Of a DNA stretch of 24,512 nucleotides, positions 15,605 to 23,961 are shown piece after piece. This DNA comes from Candidatus Nomurabacteria bacterium (GTDB lineage: Bacteria > Patescibacteriota > Minisyncoccia > Phycocordibacterales > PALSA-1337), in NCBI GenBank assembly GCA_943354625.1, contig CALRCS010000001.1, positions 1 through 24,512 of the forward strand, read 5' to 3'. Numbering within the stretch: position 1 is the stretch's first letter; each line of letters begins with the position of its first letter. The position numbers were made by a program, and so were the translations under genes. Under the pieces are notes generated by a model. The model saw nothing but the letters and a program-made list of their open reading frames with translations, made no database searches and was not told the DNA's origin.

Positions 15605-15643
15605 ATTTGTTGTATAATAAATCTTCATTTTTAAATTATAAAT

Positions 15644-16120
15644 ATGGAAATTCATCCAGAGGTACAAATTGGACATATACATCTTACCGTCGCAGATCTG
15701 GAAAGGTCACTCGTCTTCTACCGTGATCTTTTGGGGTTTGAAGTTACCTCGAAATACGGAGACTCTGCCGTTTTTCTTTCTGCTGGAGGATATCATCACC
15801 ATATAGGACTAAATACGTGGGCAGGACGCGGTATCACTCCACCCCCAGCTGGGCATTCTGGACTTTTCCACTTCGCTATACTTTTTCCATCACGACGTGA
15901 GTTAGCTTTGGTTTTAAAAAGATTAATAGATGTGGAATATCCAATTACAGGAATGGCAGATCACGGTGTTTCTGAGGCAGTATATCTAAATGATCCAGAT
16001 TCTATCGGTATCGAGCTTTATGTTGATAGACCTCGCTCGAGTTGGAGAGTAAAGAATGATGGAGAAGTGGAGATGGTTACTGAACCGCTAGATATAGAGG
16101 ATCTTTTGGAAGAGATATAG
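15644..16120 (+). CDS. VOC/glyoxalase family protein (CatE-like single domain)
   Basis: IGHIHLTVADLERSLVFY, AGGYHHHIGLNTW, GLFHFAIL, DHGVSEAVYLNDPD..GIELYVD. Confidence 0.9.
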   Translation: MEIHPEVQIGHIHLTVADLERSLVFYRDLLGFEVTSKYGDSAVFLSAGGYHHHIGLNTWAGRGITPPPAGHSGLFHFAILFPSRRELALVLKRLIDVEYPITGMADHGVSEAVYLNDPDSIGIELYVDRPRSSWRVKNDGEVEMVTEPLDIEDLLEEI

Positions 16121-16156
16121 TTTTTATTATTTCATAATAGTGTTACAATTTATAAT

Positions 16157-16465
16157 ATGAATCCACAAAATACATTTGAAAAAGGGCCAGAAAAAATACC
16201 GACAAGAGATGAAGTGTTAGAGACTGTTCACGGTCTTATTGGTGAAAGAGATTCTACAATAGTATTTGAAGATCCTGATGAACAAGGACCAATTTTGCTC
16301 GATGTAGAGATTAAAGGTGAAAAACCTGGAGAGACTATCCAATATCAATATATGAGAAAAGGGAAATTTCCTGGCCAACCAGAGAGATCAAAGACTGAGA
16401 TACTAAAAACATATTATAAAGATGGGGAAGTTGGATATTCTGAAATTGTTGGTGAATTAGATTAA
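16157..16465 (+). CDS. Acidic hypothetical protein, 102 aa
   Basis: Clean ORF with TGtTACAAT 7 nt before the ATG; no recognisable family. Confidence 0.7.
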   Translation: MNPQNTFEKGPEKIPTRDEVLETVHGLIGERDSTIVFEDPDEQGPILLDVEIKGEKPGETIQYQYMRKGKFPGQPERSKTEILKTYYKDGEVGYSEIVGELD

Positions 16466-16493
16466 ATCACGTATTTATATTATAATCACTAAC

Positions 16494-17990
16494 ATGAAAA
16501 AAACCCTTAAACTTATTAAAAGTAAGCCTGTATTAGCTATTTTAATTATAATTTTGATATTTGTAGGTGTATATTTTTTATTTTTTAAATCAAAAGATAG
16601 TGTAGCAAGTACGATAGTCATTCATCCAAAAGATTTTATTCAGAAACTTTCTGTATCTGGTACAGTTGAGGCATCAGAAAATGCTGATCTCGGTTTTGCT
16701 CAGAGTGGGCGTATTTCTGGGGTATATGCAAATGTAGGTGATTCTGTAACGAAAGGAATGGTTCTGGCAAAGATTGAGAATGGAGATTTAGAGGCATTAC
16801 TTCTTCAGAAACAATCAGTCCTTGATAAAGAACGAGCAAATCTATCCACAAAACGCCAAGGTACTAGGCCAGAGCAACTTGCTTTAACCACACAAAAGTA
16901 CAAAGATGCTCTTTCGGCTTATGTTGCAACTTTACATAATAGCTATTTTCAAATTGAGGATGCTTTTCTTTTGAAGGCTGATACTCTTTTTACAAGGGGA
17001 ACTCTAAATATTCCTGCGGATAGTTGGAATGATAAGAGATCTATTGAAGGGAAGAGGGAGGCTATCACTTTTATACTTAAGAATTGGAAAATTGCTATAG
17101 ATAATATTAATTCACTAGATAATGTTAAGTCTACTACTTTAGATGTGTTGAATAAATCAAAAGAATTAGTAAATGATCTAACTCGTATTACTGGAAATCT
17201 AAATACAAGTATAGGATATTCACAAACAAGTATAGATTTGTATCGTTCAACAATAAATGGTGCTGGTCAGCAGATTTCAACTGTAATTTCGACAATAAAT
17301 ACATCTGAATCCACACTAAATAATGCACAAAATTCATTAACAATAGAGCAAGCTGGTTCAACCCAATACGATATCGATGCTCAAATAGCCGTAGTAAAAG
17401 CAGCTGAAGCAGATGTATTGAGTGCACAAGCGCAAGTAAATAAAACAATAGTAGTGGCGCCTTTTCCAGGAATAGTAACAAAGATGAATGCGAAAGTTGG
17501 AGAAATTGCCACATCAAATACATCAGATATTTCTATAAATGGTATAGGTTTATTTATTATAAAAAGTAATATTCCAGAAGTATATATTTCTAGTCTAGAA
17601 ATTGGAAATACAGCGACAGCCACTTTGGATGCATATGGTTCAGATATCTTTTTCCCATTAAGAGTTACAGCTATTGACCCAGCCCAGACAGTTGTAAATG
17701 GTGTATCAAATTATAAAACGACACTACAATTTTCTCCAGTAGATAAAGTCATTAGACCAGGTATGACTGCCAATATCGAAATAACTACACAAAAAGTGCC
17801 CAATGCAATTGTGATACCTAGAGGATGTGTATTTACCCAGAATGAACAACAATTTGTGCAGATTAAGAAGGGATCTAGTATTGTGACGCGAGCAGTAATA
17901 ACTGGTTCTGTTCTATCGGTCGGTGAAGTAAATATTGTTTCTGGTCTAGATGATGGTGATATTGTCTTACTCAATCCTATTATAAAATAA
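16494..17990 (+). CDS. Membrane fusion protein (HlyD/MacA-like periplasmic adaptor) with a long coiled coil
   Basis: N-terminal TM, LSVSGTVEA, SGRISGVYANVGDSVTKG lipoyl half, VAPFPGIV, IRPGMTANIEI, IVSGLDDGD. Confidence 0.9.
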   Translation: MKKTLKLIKSKPVLAILIIILIFVGVYFLFFKSKDSVASTIVIHPKDFIQKLSVSGTVEASENADLGFAQSGRISGVYANVGDSVTKGMVLAKIENGDLEALLLQKQSVLDKERANLSTKRQGTRPEQLALTTQKYKDALSAYVATLHNSYFQIEDAFLLKADTLFTRGTLNIPADSWNDKRSIEGKREAITFILKNWKIAIDNINSLDNVKSTTLDVLNKSKELVNDLTRITGNLNTSIGYSQTSIDLYRSTINGAGQQISTVISTINTSESTLNNAQNSLTIEQAGSTQYDIDAQIAVVKAAEADVLSAQAQVNKTIVVAPFPGIVTKMNAKVGEIATSNTSDISINGIGLFIIKSNIPEVYISSLEIGNTATATLDAYGSDIFFPLRVTAIDPAQTVVNGVSNYKTTLQFSPVDKVIRPGMTANIEITTQKVPNAIVIPRGCVFTQNEQQFVQIKKGSSIVTRAVITGSVLSVGEVNIVSGLDDGDIVLLNPIIK

Positions 17991-17992
17991 AT

Positions 17993-19255
17993 ATGTTTTC
18001 TCGCTTAAACATTCGTATTGGTTTTTATCTAGCTCTTCGCCAGATAAAACGTTCAAGTTTTTGGACAACTGGTCTGATTGTTTTTGTAATGCTTTTAACC
18101 TTTTTGAATTTGGTGGGAGTTACAGGAATACTCGTTGGTCTTGTCCAAGGTATTGGTAGAGGATATAAAGAACAATATACTGGAGATGTATTTATCACCC
18201 CCCTAGATGGTGAAAAAATTATTAGGAATAGTCCACAGCTTATTTCATTTATAAGAAATCTGCCACAGGTTGATGTGGTGGATCCTAGATATACATCGAG
18301 TGCTACTGTTGAAGCAAATTACAAAAGTGTTACAGATGTAAATAAAAAGCCTAATTCCGTAGGAACTTCTATCGTAGGTATTGATTTAGCTATAGAGGAC
18401 TCATTTTCTGGTATTTCAAAATACATAATAGAGGGGTCCTATCTCACTTCAAGTGATTACGATTCTATTTTGATTGGCTCAGAACTACTCGAACAATATT
18501 CTTTTGGCGGACCACGTCAAGGCGCAATACAATCTTTAAGGGATGTTCACGCTGGAACAAAGGTTCGCTTAACTATAAATGGTATACAGCGTGAAGTTAT
18601 TGTTAAGGGTATTGTAAAAGGTTCCGGTGGTAACCTTTCTCAAAGAGTTTTTATAAATAATTCAGAACTTCTGAGTCTAACGGGTGTAGAAGATTATAGT
18701 GTTCAAGAAATTGGTATTCGCCTGAAACCTAAGGAGGATTCTATTGTATTTGAGAATTTTCTTTTAAATAGTGAAGTTGGTAAAATCGCAAAGATTCAAA
18801 CTACTGAAGAGGCTACACCAAGTGGGGTAGCTCAGATCACTGCTACATTTGCAGCAATAGGTAATGTGGTTAGTTCTATCGGTCTTGTTGTGGCATCGAT
18901 CACAATCTTTATTGTTATCTTCGTGAATGCACTTACGCGAAGAAAGTTTATCGGAATATTGAAGGGAATAGGTATTGCTGGAGAAGCCATAGAGATTTCA
19001 TATATTTTTCAATCACTCTTTTATGCTATAAGTGGATCCGGTATAGGCTTAATACTTTTGTATCTAATAGTCTTGCCTATAAATACTGCTCACCCCATCG
19101 ACCTGCCACTTGGAAAGGTGATTATCTATGCTCCAGTTGCCGGAACTTTGCTTCGTGTCGCTTTACTCATCTTCGCGACTACGATTGCCGGATATATCCC
19201 AGCTAGGATGATAGTTAAAAGAAATACTTTGGATTCTATTCTTGGTAGAAATTAA
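17993..19255 (+). CDS. ABC transporter permease, MacB/LolE (FtsX-like) family
   Basis: One N-terminal TM, large extracytoplasmic domain, RRKFIGILKGIG motif, C-terminal TMs ending YIPARMI. Confidence 0.88.
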   Translation: MFSRLNIRIGFYLALRQIKRSSFWTTGLIVFVMLLTFLNLVGVTGILVGLVQGIGRGYKEQYTGDVFITPLDGEKIIRNSPQLISFIRNLPQVDVVDPRYTSSATVEANYKSVTDVNKKPNSVGTSIVGIDLAIEDSFSGISKYIIEGSYLTSSDYDSILIGSELLEQYSFGGPRQGAIQSLRDVHAGTKVRLTINGIQREVIVKGIVKGSGGNLSQRVFINNSELLSLTGVEDYSVQEIGIRLKPKEDSIVFENFLLNSEVGKIAKIQTTEEATPSGVAQITATFAAIGNVVSSIGLVVASITIFIVIFVNALTRRKFIGILKGIGIAGEAIEISYIFQSLFYAISGSGIGLILLYLIVLPINTAHPIDLPLGKVIIYAPVAGTLLRVALLIFATTIAGYIPARMIVKRNTLDSILGRN

Positions 19256-19272
19256 TTTTAAATAAAATATTT

Positions 19273-19932
19273 ATGCTAAAAGTCACAAATCTTATAAAAT
19301 CTTTCAAAAATGGCGATATTCAAACTCAAGTTTTGAAGGGGATTAATTTTGAAGCAAAAGATGGGGAATTTATCGCTATCATGGGACGTTCTGGTGCCGG
19401 AAAAAGTACTTTAATGTATCAAATGAGTCTTTTGGATGAACCGACTAGTGGATCTATTTATATTGATGGTGAAGAAGTACACAATCTATCTGAAAGAGAA
19501 AAGATGGAGTTTCGATTGGCAAAATTTGGGTATGTTTTTCAGGATTATGCTCTTTTGCCAGAATTGACTGCAGTTGAAAACGTTGCTTTACCTCTTCTTA
19601 TGGAAAATATTTCTCCAAATAAAGCAGATGAGATGGCAACTGAAGCTTTGATAAAAGTTGGATTAGGTAAACGTCTTCATAATCTCCCAAGTCAGCTATC
19701 AGGTGGTGAACAACAAAGAGTTTCTATTTCTAGAGCTATTGCACATAGACCAGATATTCTTTTTGCTGATGAACCCACTGCAAATCTCGATAGTGAGTCT
19801 TCAACTATCGTAATGAATATTTTTAAAGATCTACATAAACACGGACAGACTATTATTATGGTGACTCATGAAGAAGAGTATGGAAAGATGGCAGAGAGGA
19901 TAGTAAGGCTAGATGATGGACGTATAGTCTAG
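19273..19932 (+). CDS. ABC transporter ATP-binding protein, LolD/MacB family
   Basis: GRSGAGKST, GYVFQDYALL, LSGGEQQRV, ADEPTANLD, VTHE. Confidence 0.92.
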   Translation: MLKVTNLIKSFKNGDIQTQVLKGINFEAKDGEFIAIMGRSGAGKSTLMYQMSLLDEPTSGSIYIDGEEVHNLSEREKMEFRLAKFGYVFQDYALLPELTAVENVALPLLMENISPNKADEMATEALIKVGLGKRLHNLPSQLSGGEQQRVSISRAIAHRPDILFADEPTANLDSESSTIVMNIFKDLHKHGQTIIMVTHEEEYGKMAERIVRLDDGRIV

Positions 19933-19935
19933 GTA

Positions 19936-19984
19936 TGGTATACTTCAAATGTTATTAAATAATATTAAGAATCTCCTACGGGAG
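19936..19984 (+). promoter_or_regulatory. SWIB gene promoter and 5' UTR with an SD-sequestering cUACGg hairpin
   Basis: TGgTATACT 19936-19944; CTCC-TACG-GGAG 19973-19984, 9 nt before the ATG. Confidence 0.5.
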
Positions 19985-19993
19985 TAAAAAATT

Positions 19994-20251
19994 ATGGCAA
20001 CAAAATCAAATTCCGCATTTATGAAACCTATGACTGTTAGTGCTGACCTAGCAGCTGTTGTAGGAAAGGGTCCTATGCCCCGTTCAGAGGTTGTAAAGAA
20101 GATTTGGGTATACATAAAGGGTAAGAATCTCCAAAATCCAAAGAATAAGAGAAATATTATAGCAGATGCAAATCTAAAGAAAGTCTTTGGTGGTAAGGCA
20201 GAAGTTAGTATGTTTGAAATGACAAAGCTTGTTTCAAAGCATCTTTCATAG
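19994..20251 (+). CDS. Stand-alone SWIB/MDM2 domain protein
   Basis: FMKPMTVSADLAAVVG..PMPRSEVVKKIWVYIK..NLQNPKNKRNIIADANLKKVFG...VSMFEMTKLVSKHL. Confidence 0.93.
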   Translation: MATKSNSAFMKPMTVSADLAAVVGKGPMPRSEVVKKIWVYIKGKNLQNPKNKRNIIADANLKKVFGGKAEVSMFEMTKLVSKHLS

Positions 20252-20263
20252 TATCTTAGTTGA

Positions 20264-21724
20264 ATGTCAAAAGGAGAATCTATTCTAAGCTTCGATGAAG
20301 TGTCGTTTGAATTTGGCCATAATAAGCCTATTTTGGAAGAGGTTAGTTTCTCTGTGCGAAGAGGTATGAAAGTGACTTTAATGGGGCAAAATGGGGCTGG
20401 AAAGAGTACTCTTTTCAGTCTTATTACCCGTGAAGCAAAACCAGAGTCGGGCCAGATACATATAATGAATAATGTATCTATTGCTCACGCTAGACAAGTA
20501 ATATCTCGTGATCAACTAGATCTGACCATGAGGGAATTTTTTGAAAAATGCTTTGATGAAAAGACTCATGGAAAAATCTATGATATTGATAAAAGAATTG
20601 ATGAAGTATTGGAAATTGTAAATTTCCATGCTCCACACGACCGCATCGTCCGTTCATTTTCAGGTGGTCAGCAAGCTCGTTTACTTTTAGCCTCTGCAAT
20701 TATTCAGAATCCTGATTTGCTTCTTCTTGATGAGCCGACAAACAACCTAGATAAAGCAGGAATCGAACATCTTACGAGCTTTTTGAAGAGTTATGAGAAG
20801 ACAGTGATAGTTATTTCCCATGATGCTGATTTTCTAAATTCATTTACAGACGGGGTTCTTTATCTGGATGTTTTTACAAAAAAGATTGAGCAGTATTTCG
20901 GAAACTATTTTGATGTGAGAGAACAGATTATGCTTCGTATTGAAAAAGAAAATATGAAGAATGCTCAGTTGGCAAAAGAGATTCAAGAAAATAAAGATAA
21001 GGCTGGATTCTTTGCAAATAAGGGAGGGCAGATGCGTATGGTAGCGAAGCGTATGCGTGAGAAGGCAGAAGAGCTTGAGGATGAAATGGTTGATGTAAGA
21101 AGGGAAGATAAAACTATCCGACCTTTTATCATTCCTCACCAACCAGAAATTATCACTGATATTTTAAAAATAAATTCATATAAAGTAATTAAAAATCATA
21201 AAGCCACAAATCGTAAAACAGATATAACTCTTCGTAGAAATAATCACTTACTTTTAAGAGGTCCAAATGGAATTGGGAAGAGTACTCTTTTGGAAACTAT
21301 TGCCCAAAGGGGTAAAGGATCGATTATAGCGGAGGATGTTAGGGTGGGGTATTATCGTCAGGATTTTTCTACATTGAATTTTGAAGATACAGTTAGGGAA
21401 TCACTACTAGGTGTGACCGTAAAGAAGAATGAGGAAGATATGAGAACTGTGGCGGCGGGGTTTCTTATAACATCTGATATCATCAATACAAAGATAGGTA
21501 GTCTCTCAGAGGGTCAAAAAGGGCTTGTGGCCTTCGCTAGACTAGTTCTTGAACGTCCAGGTCTGCTTATCCTCGATGAGCCTACAAATCATATAAACTT
21601 CCGACATTTACCTATTATTGCAGAGGCTTTGAATAAATATGAAGGTGCTATGGTGCTTGTATCCCACGTGCCAGAGTTCGTGGAGAAGATTCGAATAGAT
21701 GAGGTGCTTGACTTGGAGAAATAG
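20264..21724 (+). CDS. ABC-F family ATP-binding protein
   Basis: Two NBDs (GQNGAGKST/FSGGQ/LLDEPTNNLD and GPNGIGKST/LSEGQ/LDEPTNH), helical interdomain linker, no TM segments. Confidence 0.92.
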   Translation: MSKGESILSFDEVSFEFGHNKPILEEVSFSVRRGMKVTLMGQNGAGKSTLFSLITREAKPESGQIHIMNNVSIAHARQVISRDQLDLTMREFFEKCFDEKTHGKIYDIDKRIDEVLEIVNFHAPHDRIVRSFSGGQQARLLLASAIIQNPDLLLLDEPTNNLDKAGIEHLTSFLKSYEKTVIVISHDADFLNSFTDGVLYLDVFTKKIEQYFGNYFDVREQIMLRIEKENMKNAQLAKEIQENKDKAGFFANKGGQMRMVAKRMREKAEELEDEMVDVRREDKTIRPFIIPHQPEIITDILKINSYKVIKNHKATNRKTDITLRRNNHLLLRGPNGIGKSTLLETIAQRGKGSIIAEDVRVGYYRQDFSTLNFEDTVRESLLGVTVKKNEEDMRTVAAGFLITSDIINTKIGSLSEGQKGLVAFARLVLERPGLLILDEPTNHINFRHLPIIAEALNKYEGAMVLVSHVPEFVEKIRIDEVLDLEK

Positions 21725-21745
21725 AATGATAGTGTTTCGGTATAT

Positions 21746-22228
21746 ATGAGTACATCAAAAACTAGGCATCGAGCGGTTGCGGTGGTTATTAGAACAAACC
21801 CCGTTTCAGAAAAGGTGGAGATTCTCCTAATCAAGAGGAGTAATTATGGTCAGCAATACTGGACTTTTCCAGGTGGTGGTATTGAAGATGGTGAGACACA
21901 TGAAGTAGCTTGTCTCCGTGAGCTTTTTGAGGAATCTTCAGTCAAGGGAAAGATTTTCAGGTCTTTAGGGACTATTCAGAGCATGTCTATACAACAAAGA
22001 ACTAAGGGTGATATTTTAATAAATGAAGTTTTCATTGTAGATCATATCTCTGGGGTTCCAAAGTTGAGAGAAGACTCTTCTGAGAGAAGAAAAGAACTCA
22101 AAGGCGCCGAAGGAGGTAATCAGTCGTACGTGCCACAGTGGATTGCAATTGATAAATTTGGTAGTTTGGCTGATATTTATCCAACCCCAGTCTACAACGC
22201 TGTTCATCAGTATATCTTTGTGTACTGA
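21746..22228 (+). CDS. NUDIX hydrolase
   Basis: Nudix box WTFPGGGIEDGETHEVACLRELFEESSV (terminal Gly replaced by Ser). Confidence 0.88.
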   Translation: MSTSKTRHRAVAVVIRTNPVSEKVEILLIKRSNYGQQYWTFPGGGIEDGETHEVACLRELFEESSVKGKIFRSLGTIQSMSIQQRTKGDILINEVFIVDHISGVPKLREDSSERRKELKGAEGGNQSYVPQWIAIDKFGSLADIYPTPVYNAVHQYIFVY

Positions 22229-22253
22229 GTGGTCATTTCAGTTTTGCGAAATC

Positions 22254-22278
22254 TAAGGCACTTGTTGCCTTATTTTTT
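22254..22278 (+). terminator. Intrinsic terminator after the NUDIX gene
   Basis: TAAGGCA-CTTGT-TGCCTTA-TTTTTT. Confidence 0.75.
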
Positions 22279-22296
22279 ATGATATACAATTTTAAT

Positions 22297-22536
22297 ATGT
22301 ATTACGTCTATATCCTTAAATGTTCTGACGGTACGCTTTATACTGGCTTTACAAACGATTTAGAAAAAAGGGTACTAGCTCACAACACTTCAAAAACTGC
22401 TGCGAAATATACACGTGCGCGCAGGCCTGTAAAACTTATGTATTCAGAAAAGTTTAAAAGTAAAGGTAAAGCTTTAAAAAGGGAGTGGGAGATAAAGAAG
22501 ATTGGGAGGGAGGGGAAGATGGAGTTGATAAAATAA
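22297..22536 (+). CDS. Small GIY-YIG nuclease family protein (UPF0213/YhbQ-like); probable start ATG 22297
   Basis: YYVYILKCSDGTLYTGFTNDLEKRVLAHN..AAKYTRARRPVKL..E..KRE..IKK; TACAAT 6 nt before the ATG. Confidence 0.92.
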   Translation: MYYVYILKCSDGTLYTGFTNDLEKRVLAHNTSKTAAKYTRARRPVKLMYSEKFKSKGKALKREWEIKKIGREGKMELIK

Positions 22537-22549
22537 TAGGAGTATTGTC

Positions 22550-22692
22550 CAATCTTCGAAAGTACTTTAAGTGAACTAAAAAGGCTGGAAGATAAACTCC
22601 CAACCGTTTTTAGCTCTGGCGAGACCCCAATTTCTCGCATACATGCCTCCCGTTAAGGAGCGCCGGACGGGGATTTTCCGCTCTTCAGATAT
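22550..22692 (-). ncRNA. Candidate ~140-nt structured RNA (unassigned family)
   Basis: TGaTAGCAT promoter at 22707-22699; hairpins at 22660-22647, 22638-22619 and 22616-22573 (about 20 bp, three G-U pairs that work only on the minus strand). Confidence 0.5.
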
Positions 22693-22715
22693 GTCATTAT
22701 GCTATCAAAACATTC

Positions 22716-23960
22716 TTATTTGTCAAACACATTACTCCCCGCCACCCACCCAGTCGTCCAACAAAGCTGAAGACTATATCCTCCAGAAGGTCTATCGATA
22801 TTTAAAACATCACCAACTAGGTATAGATTCTCGATTATCTTTGACTGCATTGTCTTGAAATCTACCTCAGTGAGGTCCACTCCACCAGAAGAAACAATTG
22901 CTTTATCTGAACCGAGAAGATTGCTAACTTGCATGGGAATTCCTTTTATTATTTCTATTAATTTCATTCGCTCTTCACGAGTTACTGCATTATTGATTTT
23001 ATCTTCATCTATATTTGAAAATTTGAGAACGATTGGGGCAAGGGAGGAAGGGATAAAAGAACCGAGAGAATTTTTTATTTTCTTTTTATCATCTATTTTA
23101 AATAATTCCTGCAAACGGGTATTCATCATCCCATGATCTAGAGAAGGTAGAAGGTCTAGACGGATTTCTACTTCACCGTACTTTAGTAGTTCACCTACGT
23201 CACGACTCATATTTAGAACTGTAGGACCACTTATACCAAAGTGAGTAAATAAAAGTCTACCTTTATGAATCTCTTGTTTAACGTTATTTTGAAAAGTTGT
23301 GAGCTTGATGTCTTGTAAAGTCACGCCTGATAACCCTTTTATCCAACCATCTTTTAATGCAATTGGGACTAGGGCTTCGTTTGAAGTCATTACATTGTGA
23401 CCAAGTTCCTTTAACCACTCAAATCCTTCACCAGTTGAACCAGTTTCCGGACGTGATGTTCCACCAGTTGCCAATACAAACTTTTTAGCATATATTTTTT
23501 CACCATTTTTCAATTTTACTGCAATTATCTTATTTTTTTCTTTTTCAAAACCAGACACTATTGCATTTGTTTTTATTTCAACTTTTTCTTTTTTCATTTT
23601 ATTAACTAGAACATCCCAGACTGATTGGGAACTATCACTAACAGGGAAAACACGATTTCCAGCTTCAATCTTTGTTGGCATACCACGATCATTAAAAAAC
23701 TTTATGGATTGTGTTACATCAAACTGGGAGAAAGCGGAGAACAGAAATTTATCATCATCTTTGTATTTTTTCAAAAATGTTCTGACATCATATTCTGCAT
23801 TTGTTATATTTGATCGACCACCACCAGTTATTAGAAGTTTTACACCTAGAGTTGGGTTTTTTTCAAGTAAAATAACCTTCGCGCCTAGCTCCGCGGCGCG
23901 TCCCGCAGACATCATCCCGGCTGGGCCACCACCTATTATTGCTATGTCGTATACATCCAT
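22716..23960 (-). CDS. HI0933/YhiN/BaiN-family NAD(P)/FAD-dependent oxidoreductase (probable start ATG 23960)
   Basis: IIGGGPAGM, LLITGGGRSNITN, LATGGTSRPETGSTGEG, LLFTHFGISGP, VSSGGV, GDVLNIDRPSGGYSLQ. Confidence 0.93.
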   Translation of the reverse strand: MDVYDIAIIGGGPAGMMSAGRAAELGAKVILLEKNPTLGVKLLITGGGRSNITNAEYDVRTFLKKYKDDDKFLFSAFSQFDVTQSIKFFNDRGMPTKIEAGNRVFPVSDSSQSVWDVLVNKMKKEKVEIKTNAIVSGFEKEKNKIIAVKLKNGEKIYAKKFVLATGGTSRPETGSTGEGFEWLKELGHNVMTSNEALVPIALKDGWIKGLSGVTLQDIKLTTFQNNVKQEIHKGRLLFTHFGISGPTVLNMSRDVGELLKYGEVEIRLDLLPSLDHGMMNTRLQELFKIDDKKKIKNSLGSFIPSSLAPIVLKFSNIDEDKINNAVTREERMKLIEIIKGIPMQVSNLLGSDKAIVSSGGVDLTEVDFKTMQSKIIENLYLVGDVLNIDRPSGGYSLQLCWTTGWVAGSNVFDK

Positions 23961-23961
23961 A

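Noticed and set aside
9206-22228. Integrated element (prophage/ICE) at tRNA-Gln
   Set aside because: No integrase, and I found no duplicate of the tRNA 3' end in the window; the downstream genes look like piecemeal accessory content.
22380-22640. 86-aa minus-strand ORF as a confident gene
   Set aside because: More than half is antisense to the GIY-YIG gene and has no family motif; not listed as a feature, though its SD is flagged in the RNA finding.
22661-22685. FMN riboswitch resemblance (GGAAAATCCCCGTCCGGCG, minus) and THF riboswitch resemblance (CGTTAAG...GACGGGGA, plus)
   Set aside because: Only the first segment resembles FMN; the downstream FMN motifs are absent. The THF GAGUAG/ACGAA/GCGGU elements are missing, and there is no matching downstream gene.
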